64,000 nucleotides of DNA from contig OZ024742.1 in NCBI GenBank assembly GCA_964016885.1, positions 48,050,001-48,114,000 of the forward strand, written 5' to 3'. The number at the start of each line of letters is the position of its first letter. The first letter of the stretch is position 1. A program made the position numbers and the translations under genes. This stretch comes from Eledone cirrhosa (lineage: Eukaryota). Below the pieces are notes generated by a model. It saw nothing but the letters and a program-made list of their open reading frames with translations, had not been told where the DNA came from and searched no databases. Below are positions 30,601 to 42,849 of this stretch, in pieces.

Positions 30601-31977
30601 GGATAAGTTGTAAATAATAGTCACCCATAAATAAATAGTAATTTTAGCATGTGTGTACCTGATAGAGGGAATGTATTCAGCTAGCGTTTAACCTTTAACA
30701 GGTTCATTTTCTAAATGATACTGTTTGTCTCTTCGGGTAAATAAATAAATACTTGAAATATATATGTAATCCAGGACTTTTCTTTCGCTATATTTGATAA
30801 CGATGTTTCATTAAGATATGTTCTTTCGTCTCTCATTCAGTACAGTCTTGTTTATTTTTTTCTTATATTCTTCAGATTTAATTTTTATATTTTGTTCAAT
30901 ATCAATTTTATTCCAAACATTTGATTCTATTAAATGTTATTAACATGATATCTTATTTAATTATCTTGCTTCCTCTCTCTTTTAACAAATCATTATTCAT
31001 CTTCAAGTATTTTACGTACAGAATATAATTAAATTTATTAACATAGGCTGCTAAATTATCGATGCACAATTAAAATGGTATCACGGTTTTGTTCATTGTT
31101 TCGATATTATGGACAACTATTTTTTTTCCATTTTTTTCTCAAATGTGTTGATTACTCATCCAATCCTTTCATATACTCTCTCTTACGTTTTTGAATGTGT
31201 AAGTTTTTGGTTATTTGAGGATATTCAAAAACAAGTGTGTTTAATAAATGATGCAGAAATTGAGAATTTACAGTGAAAATGCATACTTACAAGCTTGTGG
31301 GTAAACACGTGGTTGCAAAAATGGTTTTCCAGGGTTTCAGAAGAGAGATAAAGTCAGTTAGACTTTATGATTTATTATTGACTTTAGGAGTGCCTTAAAA
31401 AACACTCCTGTGTACTCCAGCTTGTTTCTTATTGTCTTTATATAGACATATATCAGATACTTGCTTATTGTATGTTGCCTGTAATAGTTTTATCTCAGAC
31501 AAAGTAGTCATTGAGCAGTCCCAAGATAGAATACATTTTATATATATTTCAAGAGAAAGTTACTATTGCAAAGTTACATTGTGTTTATAGTGTTATGTAT
31601 CTATAGATATTCCGTCATACGACCTTCAGCTTGTAGGTAATTGTACGCTGTTCCCTTTTTTCTTTTTTTCATATCTTTGTCCCGTTTCTTGTTGTTGAAG
31701 TTATTGTATACCGATCCGATGTTGTACTTATTTTATCATTTTTGTTATTGTATTTTTTTCAGTTTTTTTTTGCCTTTTCAACATTGCTTTTGTGGTTGGT
31801 AATGATATTGTTATTAGTATTGTATGCCGACCCGTTTTTGTAAATTTGTTGATGTTACTGTTTTCGTTAATAATGGACCATAACGCACCATAGTACTCAA
31901 TACTTAGGGTAGTAGAGTGGGTAATAGGAACGAGTAGTCGAAACGGCTTGAGCTCAGACGTCGGGGTCCTACTCGTT

Positions 31978-32028
<51 letters not shown>

Positions 32029-32056
32029 GTTTGGGTATTGTGTATATATATATATA

Positions 32057-32329
32057 TAGTAATAATAATAATAATAATAATAATAGTAATAATAGTAAAA
32101 TGGAAGACTAAAATCCAAAGAGGGCTCGATAAGGAAAATATATATCAAATATATAAGAACCGTAGAGCACGTTACCACGAACCAAAGTATCGTCTTCCTG
32201 TCTTCCTCCGGTTGCAACGTTTTTTGAAATATCCAGTTCTGCGTTTACAGATTGACTTTGTTAGTTTCAGAAGATCCCGTTAAGGGTGAAAGCAGCGATT
32301 CTTTGCTTAAACTTTAATCTGTTATTTTA

Positions 32330-32401
<72 letters not shown>

Positions 32402-32710
32402 ATAATAATAAATTTGAAGAGAAATATCCAAAGAAGGCTCGATAAGGATAAATATATTACAAATATATAAGTACCGTAGGGCAAATATTTATTAAAATAA
32501 CAGATTAAAGTTTAAGCAAAGAATCGCTTCTTTCACCCTTAACTGCATCTTCTGAAATCAAAGTATCGTCTTCCTGTCTTTCTCTGGTTGCAACGTTTTT
32601 TGAAATATTCACTTCTGCGTTTACAGATTGACTTTGTTAGTTTCAGAAGATCCCGTTAAGGGTGAAAGCAGCGATTCTTTGCTTAAACTTGAATCTGTTA
32701 GTTTAATATA
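32057..32710. mobile_element. Two adjacent short two-ended Naiad pLTR insertions (32057-32340, 32397-32710) separated by (TA)n
   Basis: Each begins with the reverse-oriented pLTR tail and ends with forward pLTR sequence of the 1680-1880 / 59726-59980 family. Confidence 0.87.
32263..32313 (+). ncRNA. Hammerhead-like motif with variant core CAGAAGA (second intact copy at 32639-32689)
   Basis: agttt-CAGAAGA-tccc gttaa gggt-GAA-AGCAG cgattct TTGCT-T-aaact: stems I, II and III all pair. Confidence 0.6.
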
Positions 32711-32721
32711 TATATATATAT

Positions 32722-33044
32722 AATATATTAATAAATGGAAACTATATTTATAAAATCATAATTATTTTATTATATATATTTCAAGGGCAACCAAGGAACA
32801 TTATAGTGCGCTTTCATCAAATAAAATAGAGATTTGTTTTATAAATAAATATTGACATACCCGGAAAAAAGACAACCTCAACGGTTGAAATTCGTTTTTT
32901 TCCGGGTATGTCAATATTTATTTATAAAACAAATCTGTATTTTATCTGATGAAAGCGCACCATAATCTACCTTGGTTGCCCTTGAAATATATATAATAAA
33001 ATAATTATCGCTTTATAAATATAGTTTCCATTTATTAGTATATT
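32722..33044. mobile_element. Non-coding fold-back element with hammerhead
   Basis: Arms 32722-32870 and 32895-33044, with a ~24 nt loop. Begins in a TA tract. Confidence 0.82.
32938..33003 (+). ncRNA. Type I minimal hammerhead ribozyme
   Basis: tattttat-CTGATGA-aagcgca...tgccctt-GAAA-TATATA-TA-ataaaata: 8-bp stem I, palindromic stem III ATATATAT, AUA triplet. Confidence 0.78.
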
Positions 33045-33150
33045 GTATATTTACTCCACTAACTGGTTGAGTGCTTTATGTCAGTTATAAAAATGTTTAA
33101 GCTTGTTGAATCCCAACAAATTAAATATAACCTTTGCATATATATATAAA

Positions 33151-33368
33151 GGATCGATCCACTTTCGTCAAATCGGACCGAGGAAATAATGTTTTAGTCG
33201 GTTTTTCCAGTTGCTAATACTAGCTATCGGTTGCAACTCCAGGTAGAAGGAGCAACGTGAAATAAAGTGTCTTGCTCAAGGACATAACGCATCACCCGGT
33301 CCAGGAATCGAACTCACAGCCTCAATATTTCGAATCCAATTCTCTAACCACACAGCCATGCGCCTTCA
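33151..33368 (-). mobile_element. tRNA-derived SINE
   Basis: rc: tgaaggcgca-TGGCTGTGTGG (A box)...GAGTTCGATTCC (B box)...gtccttgagcaagacactt. A second copy is at 39186-39556. Confidence 0.8.
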
Positions 33369-33724
<356 letters not shown>

Positions 33725-33739
33725 TTAGGGTAAATATTG

Positions 33740-34923
33740 ATGCAATTCAATTCAAGCACTCAACGTACTTTTTCCAGCTTATTACATAATAAGGTTATGT
33801 TTCCGAGGCAATCCAAATTGAATCAACATGGGAACGGACGAAGTGTGTGCTTTGGGGTTCTTCATCCGTTCCCCCTGTGAGTACCAATTCACCCCCACCG
33901 GTCTGCGCAGGCGCATGTCCGAAGGAAGTTGACCATTAGCTACCGCAGATTTCAACGAAATTCGCTTAGTTAGTTCACCCTCTCAGCCAAACAATGACCC
34001 ACTTAGGCCTGTACCATAGTTTACTGCTACCCATTCCCGACTGTGGCAGTCACCCGAAAGCCAGAGGGTATGGGAGAGTGTTGGTTTTTACAGTTCACAA
34101 TACTACCCCTCATCAAGCGTGGACAGTACGACTGACCATCAACTCCTAAGAGAAAATAAACTTAATTCTAGGTATCATGGTTTTACATTGGAAGTTAGGA
34201 GTGAGAGTTGGAAAGAAAAATTAAAATCCTAAATCAAATATCAGAAATTATAAATTAAACAATTAAAAAATTAACAATTAGAAATTAAAAAAATGTTTCA
34301 AGTGTGAATCCGGATTGTGGTGAGCAAAAAAAATATAGATTGAAGTGAGTAAAATATTATGGAGAGAGATGTTTAAGTAAGAAGTTATGAGAGGTGTTCT
34401 AATGTCACAGTTACACTATCCACATATTGAACGATAGCGCCGTACATTAGAACGGAGGGTAAACTACAGTATTAAATGCAGCAGTCTATCTGGTACACAG
34501 TCATAATTTCTATCACATGGAACAAAACCAAAGAAAAACATACATAAAGTACACAAAAGAGAAGAACCAATAATGAATAAATACAAAAACACAGAGTACA
34601 TATATGCAAAATGATCCATATGATTGTCAATTTGTAAATGTATAGATTGAATTGAGGGGGCTTCTGTTCAAATGCTAATGGTCAACTTCCTTCGGACATG
34701 CGCCTGCGCAGACCGGTGGGGGTGAATTGGTACTCACAGGGGAACGGATGAAGAACCCTAAAGGACACACTTCGTTGGTTCACATAACCTTATTATGTAA
34801 CAAGCTCTCTGATGATGTCACGGCACTCGCACACAGAACAGTGTGGCCAGTGTCGTCATTGAAATATGTATTACATCATTATTATTAAAGGACTTGAATA
34901 TCTTAAACTACTTCGCATTTCCT

Positions 34924-34927
<4 letters not shown>
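33740..34927 (+). mobile_element. Degraded PLE 3' end with inverted terminal duplication and decayed HHR
   Basis: ~33777-33940 is the reverse complement of ~34675-34806. A possible FYIG remnant lies near 34183. CTGATGA (34809)...paired stem II...GAAATATGTAT (34861). (TA)n flanks. Confidence 0.6.
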
Positions 34928-34954
<27 letters not shown>

Positions 34955-34962
<8 letters not shown>

Positions 34963-35431
34963 TAAACGGAATAGAAAATGCTGACAAATTGTTCACAGTT
35001 GAAAAATGGTTTAATTAGGAATAAAAGAGTATTAGTGATTGTATGGGTTAGTATTCAGTTGTGGTTTTAAGTTTTTAAGTTTTTACCGGTTGCGCATTTC
35101 TAAATGCTTTTCAAAAATAATTTTGAGATAGAGTGTCCGTGCTGTTTGCTCTGATCTGATTAGTTTTGGGAATTCTACCTGTTTTTATGTTAATAAAGTG
35201 GCTCCAGCGTTATTTTTGTGTTGCAAAAATGCTTGTGGTCAAAACAATTTTGATTGGTCGGTAGAGGTCATGTGAATGTAAAAAGTTGATTTTGCGCCAA
35301 GACTGTTTTTATGTTAAAAAAGTGGCTCCAGCAAAAATTATTGGTGAAAACAATTTTGATTGGTCGGTAGAGGTCATGTGGAAAAAAAATTGGTTTTGCG
35401 CCAAGATTGAGAAATGACTCTTTCACAACAA

Positions 35432-35478
<47 letters not shown>

Positions 35479-35562
35479 TGTGTGTGTGTGTAGTAGTAGT
35501 AGTGAGGTGTTCGATACTGCGACAATGGCCAGCAGCGATGTGTGTCAAATGGCTATTAAGAT

Positions 35563-35598
<36 letters not shown>

Positions 35599-38155
35599 CA
35601 GAGTAATTCGATGGTCAGTAAGAATGTGTCTGAAAGCAATGGGGGGTATTTTAGCATGTCAAAAGATATTTTTCAGCTTTTGTCTCATACGGAGAAGTGC
35701 GTGTGTGTGTGTGTGTGTGTGTGTATAAGTCTCTGTGTATGTTGATGTACGCGTGTGTATGTGTTTGTGTATATATGTGTGTGTGTGTGTGTGTGTGTGG
35801 GTGGACCAGTATTTTTTTCCCCCTAGTAAAATGGTGTACATTATTCGATTTTTTCAGTAAAATCGGTTCTCTTAATAGAACATCAAAATATTAACAATAA
35901 AAGGTGTGAAATGATATTCACTATATATATATATACACATACATATATTCATACATATATACATATATATACACACATACATACATATATATGCACATAT
36001 ATTTGTTTTGTATTGCACCATAGAGCATGTGTGTTTACGTGTGTCATTGTGTTTATATGTGGGTAGAGATGTGTGCTGATGTAGGTATGTATGTTGACGT
36101 GTGTATGTTGTGGGTTCGTCTTAGGGAGAAGTGTTTAGACGGGGTCCGTATTTGTTAATGAAGTAAGATTCCTTGCTGATGCGCTGGGTGTGGGTGGCAT
36201 TATGTTTAAATAATTTCCACAATGAACTCCCACAACGCATCAAAAAAGAATTCGTGATAGAGGGACTCAAATTTATCTTGGTGAACAATTACTTCGTTTT
36301 CAATAACAAACCCTACAGGCAGAAATCTGGTACCGCTATGGGAACGAAAACAGCCCCTACTTATTCCAACCTAGTCATGGGATACCTGCAAATCACCCTC
36401 TACACTAAAGTCCTAAACAAATTTGGAAACACCCTCCACTTACACATTGAAAGGAACTGGAAGCGATATCTAGATGACTGCTTCATCCTTTGGCACGAAA
36501 ACATCGAAAAACTTAAAGAATTTCACACCCTTATAAATGGGCTCAACACAAATATTAACTTCACGATGGAATACAGCCATCAACAACTCCCCTTCCTCGA
36601 CATCCTCATTAAGATCCATAACAAAAAAATAGAAACAGACATATACTACAAGCCCACAGACTCTAAGCAATATCTCCCCTTCAACTCTTGCCACCCTAGA
36701 CACGTTAAAATTAATATTCCCTACAACTTAGCCAAGAGAATCTGTACTATAGTCTCCAATAAAAACATCTGCTACTTACGGCTACAAGAACTAAAGGACA
36801 CACTCATAGGCAGGGACTACCCTGCATCACTAATTGACAATGGAATCCAACGTGCCCTAAAACTCAGAACCCTGGACCTTAGACACCCTAAAGTAAATCA
36901 ACCAAAACTAAAAGCTCTTCCATACATCTCCACACACAACCCCCTCAACAATGAGGCCTTTGACACCATCCTCCAGAACATCCCTGTATTGAAAAAGGAC
37001 CATAGAATGAACCAAATTCTACGAACACACGATATCATAAAGAGCAAAAGACAATCCAAGTCAATGAAAAACATCTTAACACATGCCAAAGTACTGCCAA
37101 CCACAACAACGAAACCCACAGTAAAAAAATGCGATAGACCCAACTGTGGCATTTGCATCAACCTAATAGAGGGTTCGGAATTCTATTTCAAAGATGGACA
37201 ACGTTTTATAGTAAAACACAATTTAACATGTGCATCGGAAAATCTAATATATGTATTAACTTGTTCAGGTTGTCGAGAACAATACATAGGCCAGACCAAA
37301 AACAGCCTCCGCCAACGCATGACTGTCCATAGATCCCAAATTAAAATACGGGAATACAGGAAAATACCACTGAGTGAACACATTGATACCTGTGCCGCCC
37401 GAAATCATCCCAACTTCAGAATCTTTCCCCTCTACAAATTTAAAGATAATGCCACCCACACCCAGCGCATCAGCAAGGAATCTTACTTCATTAACAAATA
37501 CGGACCCCGTCTAAACACTTCTCCCTAAGACGAACCCACAACATACACACGTCAACATACATACCTACATCAGCACACATCTCTACCCACATATAAACAC
37601 AATGACACACGTAAACACACATGCTCTATGGTGCAATACAAAAAAATATATGTGCATATATATGTATGTATGTGTGTATATATATGTATATATGTAGTGA
37701 ATATATGTATGTGTATATATATATATAGTGAATATCATTTCACACATTTTATTGTTAAGATTTTTGATGTTCTATTAAGAGAACCGATCTTACTGAAAAT
37801 ATCGAATAATGTACACCATTTTACCAGGGGGAAAAATACTGGTCCACCCACCCACACACACACACACACACATATATACACAAACACATACACACGCGCA
37901 CATCAACATACAAAGAGACTTATACACACACACACACACACACACACGCGCACTTCTCCGTATAAGACAAAAGCTGAAAAATATCTTTTGACATGCTAAA
38001 ATACCCCCCATTGCTTTCAGACACATTCTTACTGACCATCGAATTACTCTGCTATACACACACACACACACACACACACACTTATCTTAATAGCCATTTG
38101 ACACACATCGCTGCTGGCCATTGTTGCAGCATCGAACACCTCACTACTACTACTA

Positions 38156-38205
<50 letters not shown>

Positions 38206-38682
38206 TTGTTGTGAAAGAGTCATTTCTCAATCTTGGCGCAAAACCAATTTTTTATCCACATGACCTCTACCGACCAATCAAAATTGTTTTCACCAAGAAT
38301 TTTTGCTGGAGCCACTTTTTTAACATAAAAACAGTCTTGGCGCAAAATCAACTTTTTACATTCACATGACCTCTACCGTACAATCAAAATTGTTTTGACC
38401 ACAAGCATTTTTGCAACACAAACATAACGCTGTAGCCACTTTTTTAACATAAAAACAGGTAGAATTCCCAAAACTAATCAGATCAGAGCAAACAGCACGG
38501 ACACTCTATCTCAAAATTATTTTTGAAAAGAATTTAGAAATGCGCAACCGGTAATAACTTAAAAACTTAAAACCACAACTGAATACTAACCCATACAATC
38601 ACTAATACTCTTTTATTCCTAATTAAACGATTTTTCAACTGTGAACAATTTGTCAGCATTTTCTATTCCGTTTACCAATATA
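34955..38682 (+). mobile_element. Neptune-like Penelope insertion with inverted 5' duplicate (arms ~1.25 kb)
   Basis: 34955-36211 is the reverse complement of 37438-38682. Between them lies an RT-EN ORF. (TA)n flank. Confidence 0.92.
36173..37528 (+). CDS. 5'-truncated PLE RT, Zn-finger linker and GIY-YIG endonuclease (Neptune-type)
   Basis: YRQKSGTAMGT..AP, WKRYLDDCF, LPFLD, YYKPTD..QYL..SCHP, CDRPNCGIC, NLIYVLTC..C..YIGQT..LRQRM..H. The first ~10 codons derive from the inverted arm. The frame is uninterrupted. Confidence 0.92.
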   Translation: MLMRWVWVALCLNNFHNELPQRIKKEFVIEGLKFILVNNYFVFNNKPYRQKSGTAMGTKTAPTYSNLVMGYLQITLYTKVLNKFGNTLHLHIERNWKRYLDDCFILWHENIEKLKEFHTLINGLNTNINFTMEYSHQQLPFLDILIKIHNKKIETDIYYKPTDSKQYLPFNSCHPRHVKINIPYNLAKRICTIVSNKNICYLRLQELKDTLIGRDYPASLIDNGIQRALKLRTLDLRHPKVNQPKLKALPYISTHNPLNNEAFDTILQNIPVLKKDHRMNQILRTHDIIKSKRQSKSMKNILTHAKVLPTTTTKPTVKKCDRPNCGICINLIEGSEFYFKDGQRFIVKHNLTCASENLIYVLTCSGCREQYIGQTKNSLRQRMTVHRSQIKIREYRKIPLSEHIDTCAARNHPNFRIFPLYKFKDNATHTQRISKESYFINKYGPRLNTSP

Positions 38683-38738
38683 TAATAACTTGTGTGTTAC
38701 ACCTCTATTCTTTTAACTATATATATATATATGCACAC

Positions 38739-39127
38739 ATTAATAAAAGGAGTTCCAACTTTGTCTGATTTACTCGTTTTATATACAATCCTTTAAGATT
38801 TATAATGGTATTAGAATGAAATAGTATAGTAGGATATTAAATGTTAAGTGTTAATTGAACAAGTACTTTCATGCTTTCGCAATCTTCAGGTTCATAATGT
38901 GTGGTGACAGTCAAGTTTGCAATTTTCAACTGACAGATGAAAATTGCAAACTTGACTGTCACCACACATTATTAACCTGAAGATTGCGAATGCATGAAAG
39001 TACTTGTTCAATTAACACTTAAAATGTAATATTCTACTATAATATTTCATTCTTATACCATTATAAATGTTAAAGGTTTGTAAATAAAACGAGTAAATCA
39101 GACAAAGTTGGAATTCCTTTTATTAAT
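38739..39127. mobile_element. Spacerless ~390-bp palindrome with a hammerhead in each arm
   Basis: Arms 38739-38928 and 38938-39127; the centre tcaactgacagatga is itself nearly self-complementary. Confidence 0.85.
38856..38894 (-). ncRNA. Ultra-minimal type I hammerhead (mirror copy 38972-39010, +)
   Basis: tgaac-CTGAAGA-t tgc GAAA gca t-GAAA-GTAC-TT-gttca: 5-bp stem I, GNRA-capped stem II, palindromic AAGTACTT stem III. Confidence 0.78.
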
Positions 39128-39185
39128 TTTATCTTCTATACACAATCATACACACCCGTGTATATATATATATATATATATATAT

Positions 39186-39444
39186 CCTTAATCGATCGAC
39201 TTTCGTCAAATCGGACCGAGGAAACAATGTTTCCGTTGGTCTTTCCAGTTGCTAGTACTATCTATCGGTCGCAACTCCAGGTAGAAGGAGCAACGTGAAA
39301 TAAATTGTCTTGCCCAAGGACATAACGCATCGCCCGGTCCAGGAATCGAACTCACAACCTCAACATGTTGATAGTACTAGCAACTGGAAAGACCAACGGA
39401 AACATTGTTTCCTCGGTCCGATTTGACGAAAGTCGATCGATTAA

Positions 39445-39488
<44 letters not shown>

Positions 39489-39556
39489 GGGTGTGTATGA
39501 TTGTGTATAGAAGATAAAATTAAGTAAATCATAACCACTCAGCTACACGCCTTCAT
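39186..39556 (-). mobile_element. tRNA-derived SINE interrupted by an inverted duplication
   Basis: Homologous to 33151-33368. 39370-39523 is the reverse complement of 39123-39262 and splits the SINE head. Confidence 0.75.
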
Positions 39557-39604
39557 ATATATATATATATATATAAAGATTTACATATACACACACTAGA
39601 GAAA

Positions 39605-39678
<74 letters not shown>

Positions 39679-40929
39679 TTGGCAACCATTCACGATGTGG
39701 CTCAATGACGAATTAATTAATTAAATAATCAACAATCAGAGCAATATACAATAAAGTATGTCTATAGAATCATTTGATAACATATATACCCCATTTCATC
39801 TCCCAATCACCATAATCAACCACATAGTGTATATATTTTATCAAATGATTCTATGGACATACTTTATTGTATATATATATATATATATTCTACAAGTAGT
39901 ATGTACTAGGGTCATACCTTGTATCAGCTGCCCACTGGATATCTCTCTATTTTCAATTATTCCAACAGTAATCATTTCTACTTCAATGTGAAGCAAGTGG
40001 ATCTCCGTGTTCTGCCCCCAGTTCTGGGCCTTCACATAAATTACTTCTCATACTATATTTGGAATAAAAGTCGCTAAATATCGTGATTGCTTCACATACG
40101 GCCTCGCCAGAACTGGGTTGTTTAACAAAATGTATGTATATGACGTAAAAAATGTACGCATTGTACGGAAAGACATATTTCTTTGGCTTACTAATTTGGC
40201 TATTTTCATTATTCTGGTGGTCTATCCATATACACCTTGTTCAGCCCGACCGTTTAGCGCCGCATCAAATAAACAATTTCATATATAATTTTCTTTCATA
40301 GATATATAGTGAGAAAAGCCGAAATATAAACGTTTAACTAAAAGTGTATGTAATTTGAAAACATTACTTGTTTTTAGAAGATGTTTGTATGAATATATAT
40401 GTTAGCGTTTGAGTTCATTTGTGTCTATTTAAGTGTATGTTTATATGTCTATGTTTCCACTTAGTAATTTGTATAATCTCAGCGGCAAATTCATGTGAAA
40501 TCCATTTACTTCAGAAATTAGCGTTGTCCTTCTTTCTCTTTAATTCTAATGTAAATAGACACGAAAGCAACACATTTAAAACACGTCATTGCGATATACC
40601 AGAGTGACGATGGGAAGCCTTGAAGCTATTAATTTTTTAATAGTAGGACTAACATATGGTAACTTTAAGATAACGATTTACATCTATCATATTGTCAGAC
40701 TTGCTGACACACTTGCTTCCTTCGCTGTAATCGTTATATCTTCCTCACGCAAAATTCCCTGTTTAAAATTTATCTGCAATTTAACCTATTTGCTTGGCAT
40801 TTAGCAGAAGCATAATCTTTTCCATGAGACAAACTGGGCCAAAGAAATCTAAGTCCAATAAGATTAACGGAAGCTAACCAACAAAACGCATATAATTAAT
40901 TCTATAATCCAGCTTTACAGAAAAGTGTG

Positions 40930-42290
40930 ACTGATTATATAATGAAAGTTAAGGCCATATTCACCCAGCTTTTAACAAAAAAGGTACTGTGTTGGGGAAA
41001 CAGCAATACTCTCTTCACCCTCACCTTTCTTTCCAAGTGAAACTTTAAAAAGTTGAAAGGAGATGGGCTGAAGAGAATAGTGTCTTCAGTTATTTCAGTC
41101 TCCTCCAACACAATCTCATTCATTGGCGCAACCAAACACGGCAAAGGTGCATGATGTTCCTAGCCAAAAGAATAGAACTCAAGGGCGGAATTTTCACTGA
41201 TCACATTGCCCGCCCGGTGGATGGCAGTAAGAGAATGGCAAGATTACCGATGTCAAGCAACCTGTCCTGGTTCCTTCTTGACACAGGACTGCAGCTCGGT
41301 CGAAGACACAAGCAGCGGAAAGACCTGTCACACGAAGAGCGAATAAGCCTGTTTACAAATATCTGAAGATGCAGTAGCCTCAGAGTGTGTTTGATCATCA
41401 TTAGCCACGGCACACCCAGCACTCTACGTAGCGAGTTCTGACAGAAGTTGGACCTCCACACCAATGGAACTTGTCCCTCTTCGCTAACGCATTGGCCAAC
41501 AAATTGAACCTCGTGTTTAGCAAAGTTATGGGCTTGACATTTTGTAACTTATCCCTCTTCTTCTGGTCTTTCGGCATTAGCGTTACTTCGCATCGGGTCT
41601 CAGAACTGCTACCAGTTGCAGTAGACCGATTCGAAGAGATTGGAGAACAAGTCTGGCTTTTTACGTACACTCCGAGGGCAGACCATCCAAATCGGGTGAC
41701 TTGCTCCTCGTGCAACCGACCAGAGCATCACAAACCTCGGCTGGAGCCACCGGCCTTTCGCTGCACACTTCATTGCATTGGGAGAGTTGCAGAAAGCTGT
41801 TGAGGAGGAAATTTATGTTCGCAACTGTCTTCGACCATCCATCCACACTGAACATTCGAGCAAATGTTGGTGAAAGGCCGCGCACATTAGCTTCGAGTCG
41901 TTCAGCACGCGTTCGTCTCGGTCCGTCAAAGAATTAATCTTAGATTCTTTTACCACATGGGCTTATCGAACAGCTTTCGTTCCCACGTTTCCTACATCAT
42001 GCGCTTTATCCTTGACAATGCAACTGTTGTGTTTCACATTGAAAACATTGCATAATGATAATGCCATTCTCGCCGCTAGCACGTCATTTGCAATGCAACG
42101 GTGAGCTTTACGTGCCGAGAATATGTTCAGCATCCAATAACAAGGCCGTAGCCTATGAGTTCTATCTACGTCGACTATGCAAATCAAAAATGTATAATCT
42201 AAATAGCTGATGGTTTGGAAACGTGGAAAAACTATGCAATTCTTACATAGTCCTAATATAACACCTATGTACGATCTAAATGATCCTATG
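40930..42290 (-). mobile_element. Old, internally deleted L1/Tx1-type LINE remnant
   Basis: KPITLLNTRFNLLANALAKR, GCTRSKSPDLDGLP and FLKFHLERKVRV match ORF2 of the intact element. Confidence 0.85.
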
Positions 42291-42499
42291 TGGTTGGTCC
42301 TGGTTTACACTGGCGCTTAGGGAAATCTAGATGGTACATGCTAGACATTTTGAATCGGTTGATCAAGTACTTGAGGCTTCTGCAAAGAGGGAAGTAAGGA
42401 GCCTGTAGTGCCATCGGGAGAAACTTTGTGAGAACCAGAAAATAGTAGCTATGAATATTTTTGGATCCTCGAACTAGATGATATTTTGCACGTAGAAAT

Positions 42500-42800
42500 G
42501 AAGAAAAATTTAGAGTAATAAATTTAAAAGGAATACAAATGGTTTTAAACTCCAATTTGAATGCGAGAACTCTGGCCAGTGCAATGAATACATGGGCAGT
42601 TGCAGTGGTTAAATATAGTGCATGCATTCTCAGTTAGACTGGGGAAGAAATATCAAAATTGGATAGAAGGACGAGAAATTAAATGACATTGTACGGAGCT
42701 TTACACCAAAAAGCAAGTATTATTAGACAATACATTAAGAGACAGAATGGTGGCAGAGGCCTCATCAGTGTGGATCATTGTATAAGGAGTGAAAGGAATA
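42500..42800 (+). mobile_element. R4/Dong-like non-LTR retrotransposon fragment
   Basis: SNLNARTLASAMNTWAVAVVKYSA...KLDRRTR..MTLYGALHQKA...YIKRQNGGRGLISV, with stops. Confidence 0.7.
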
Positions 42801-42849
42801 TTTGGAACTTGTGGAATATTTGGTAAATATGTGTATTCCTGGAAGGGTA

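Noticed and set aside
33290-33368. tRNA gene
   Set aside because: A and B boxes are present, but there is no proper cloverleaf and the sequence continues into a SINE body.
35180-35412. ~120-bp tandem repeats resembling a repeat-spacer array
   Set aside because: Only two units, inside the Neptune 3'UTR and mirrored in the other arm. Eukaryotic context, so not CRISPR.
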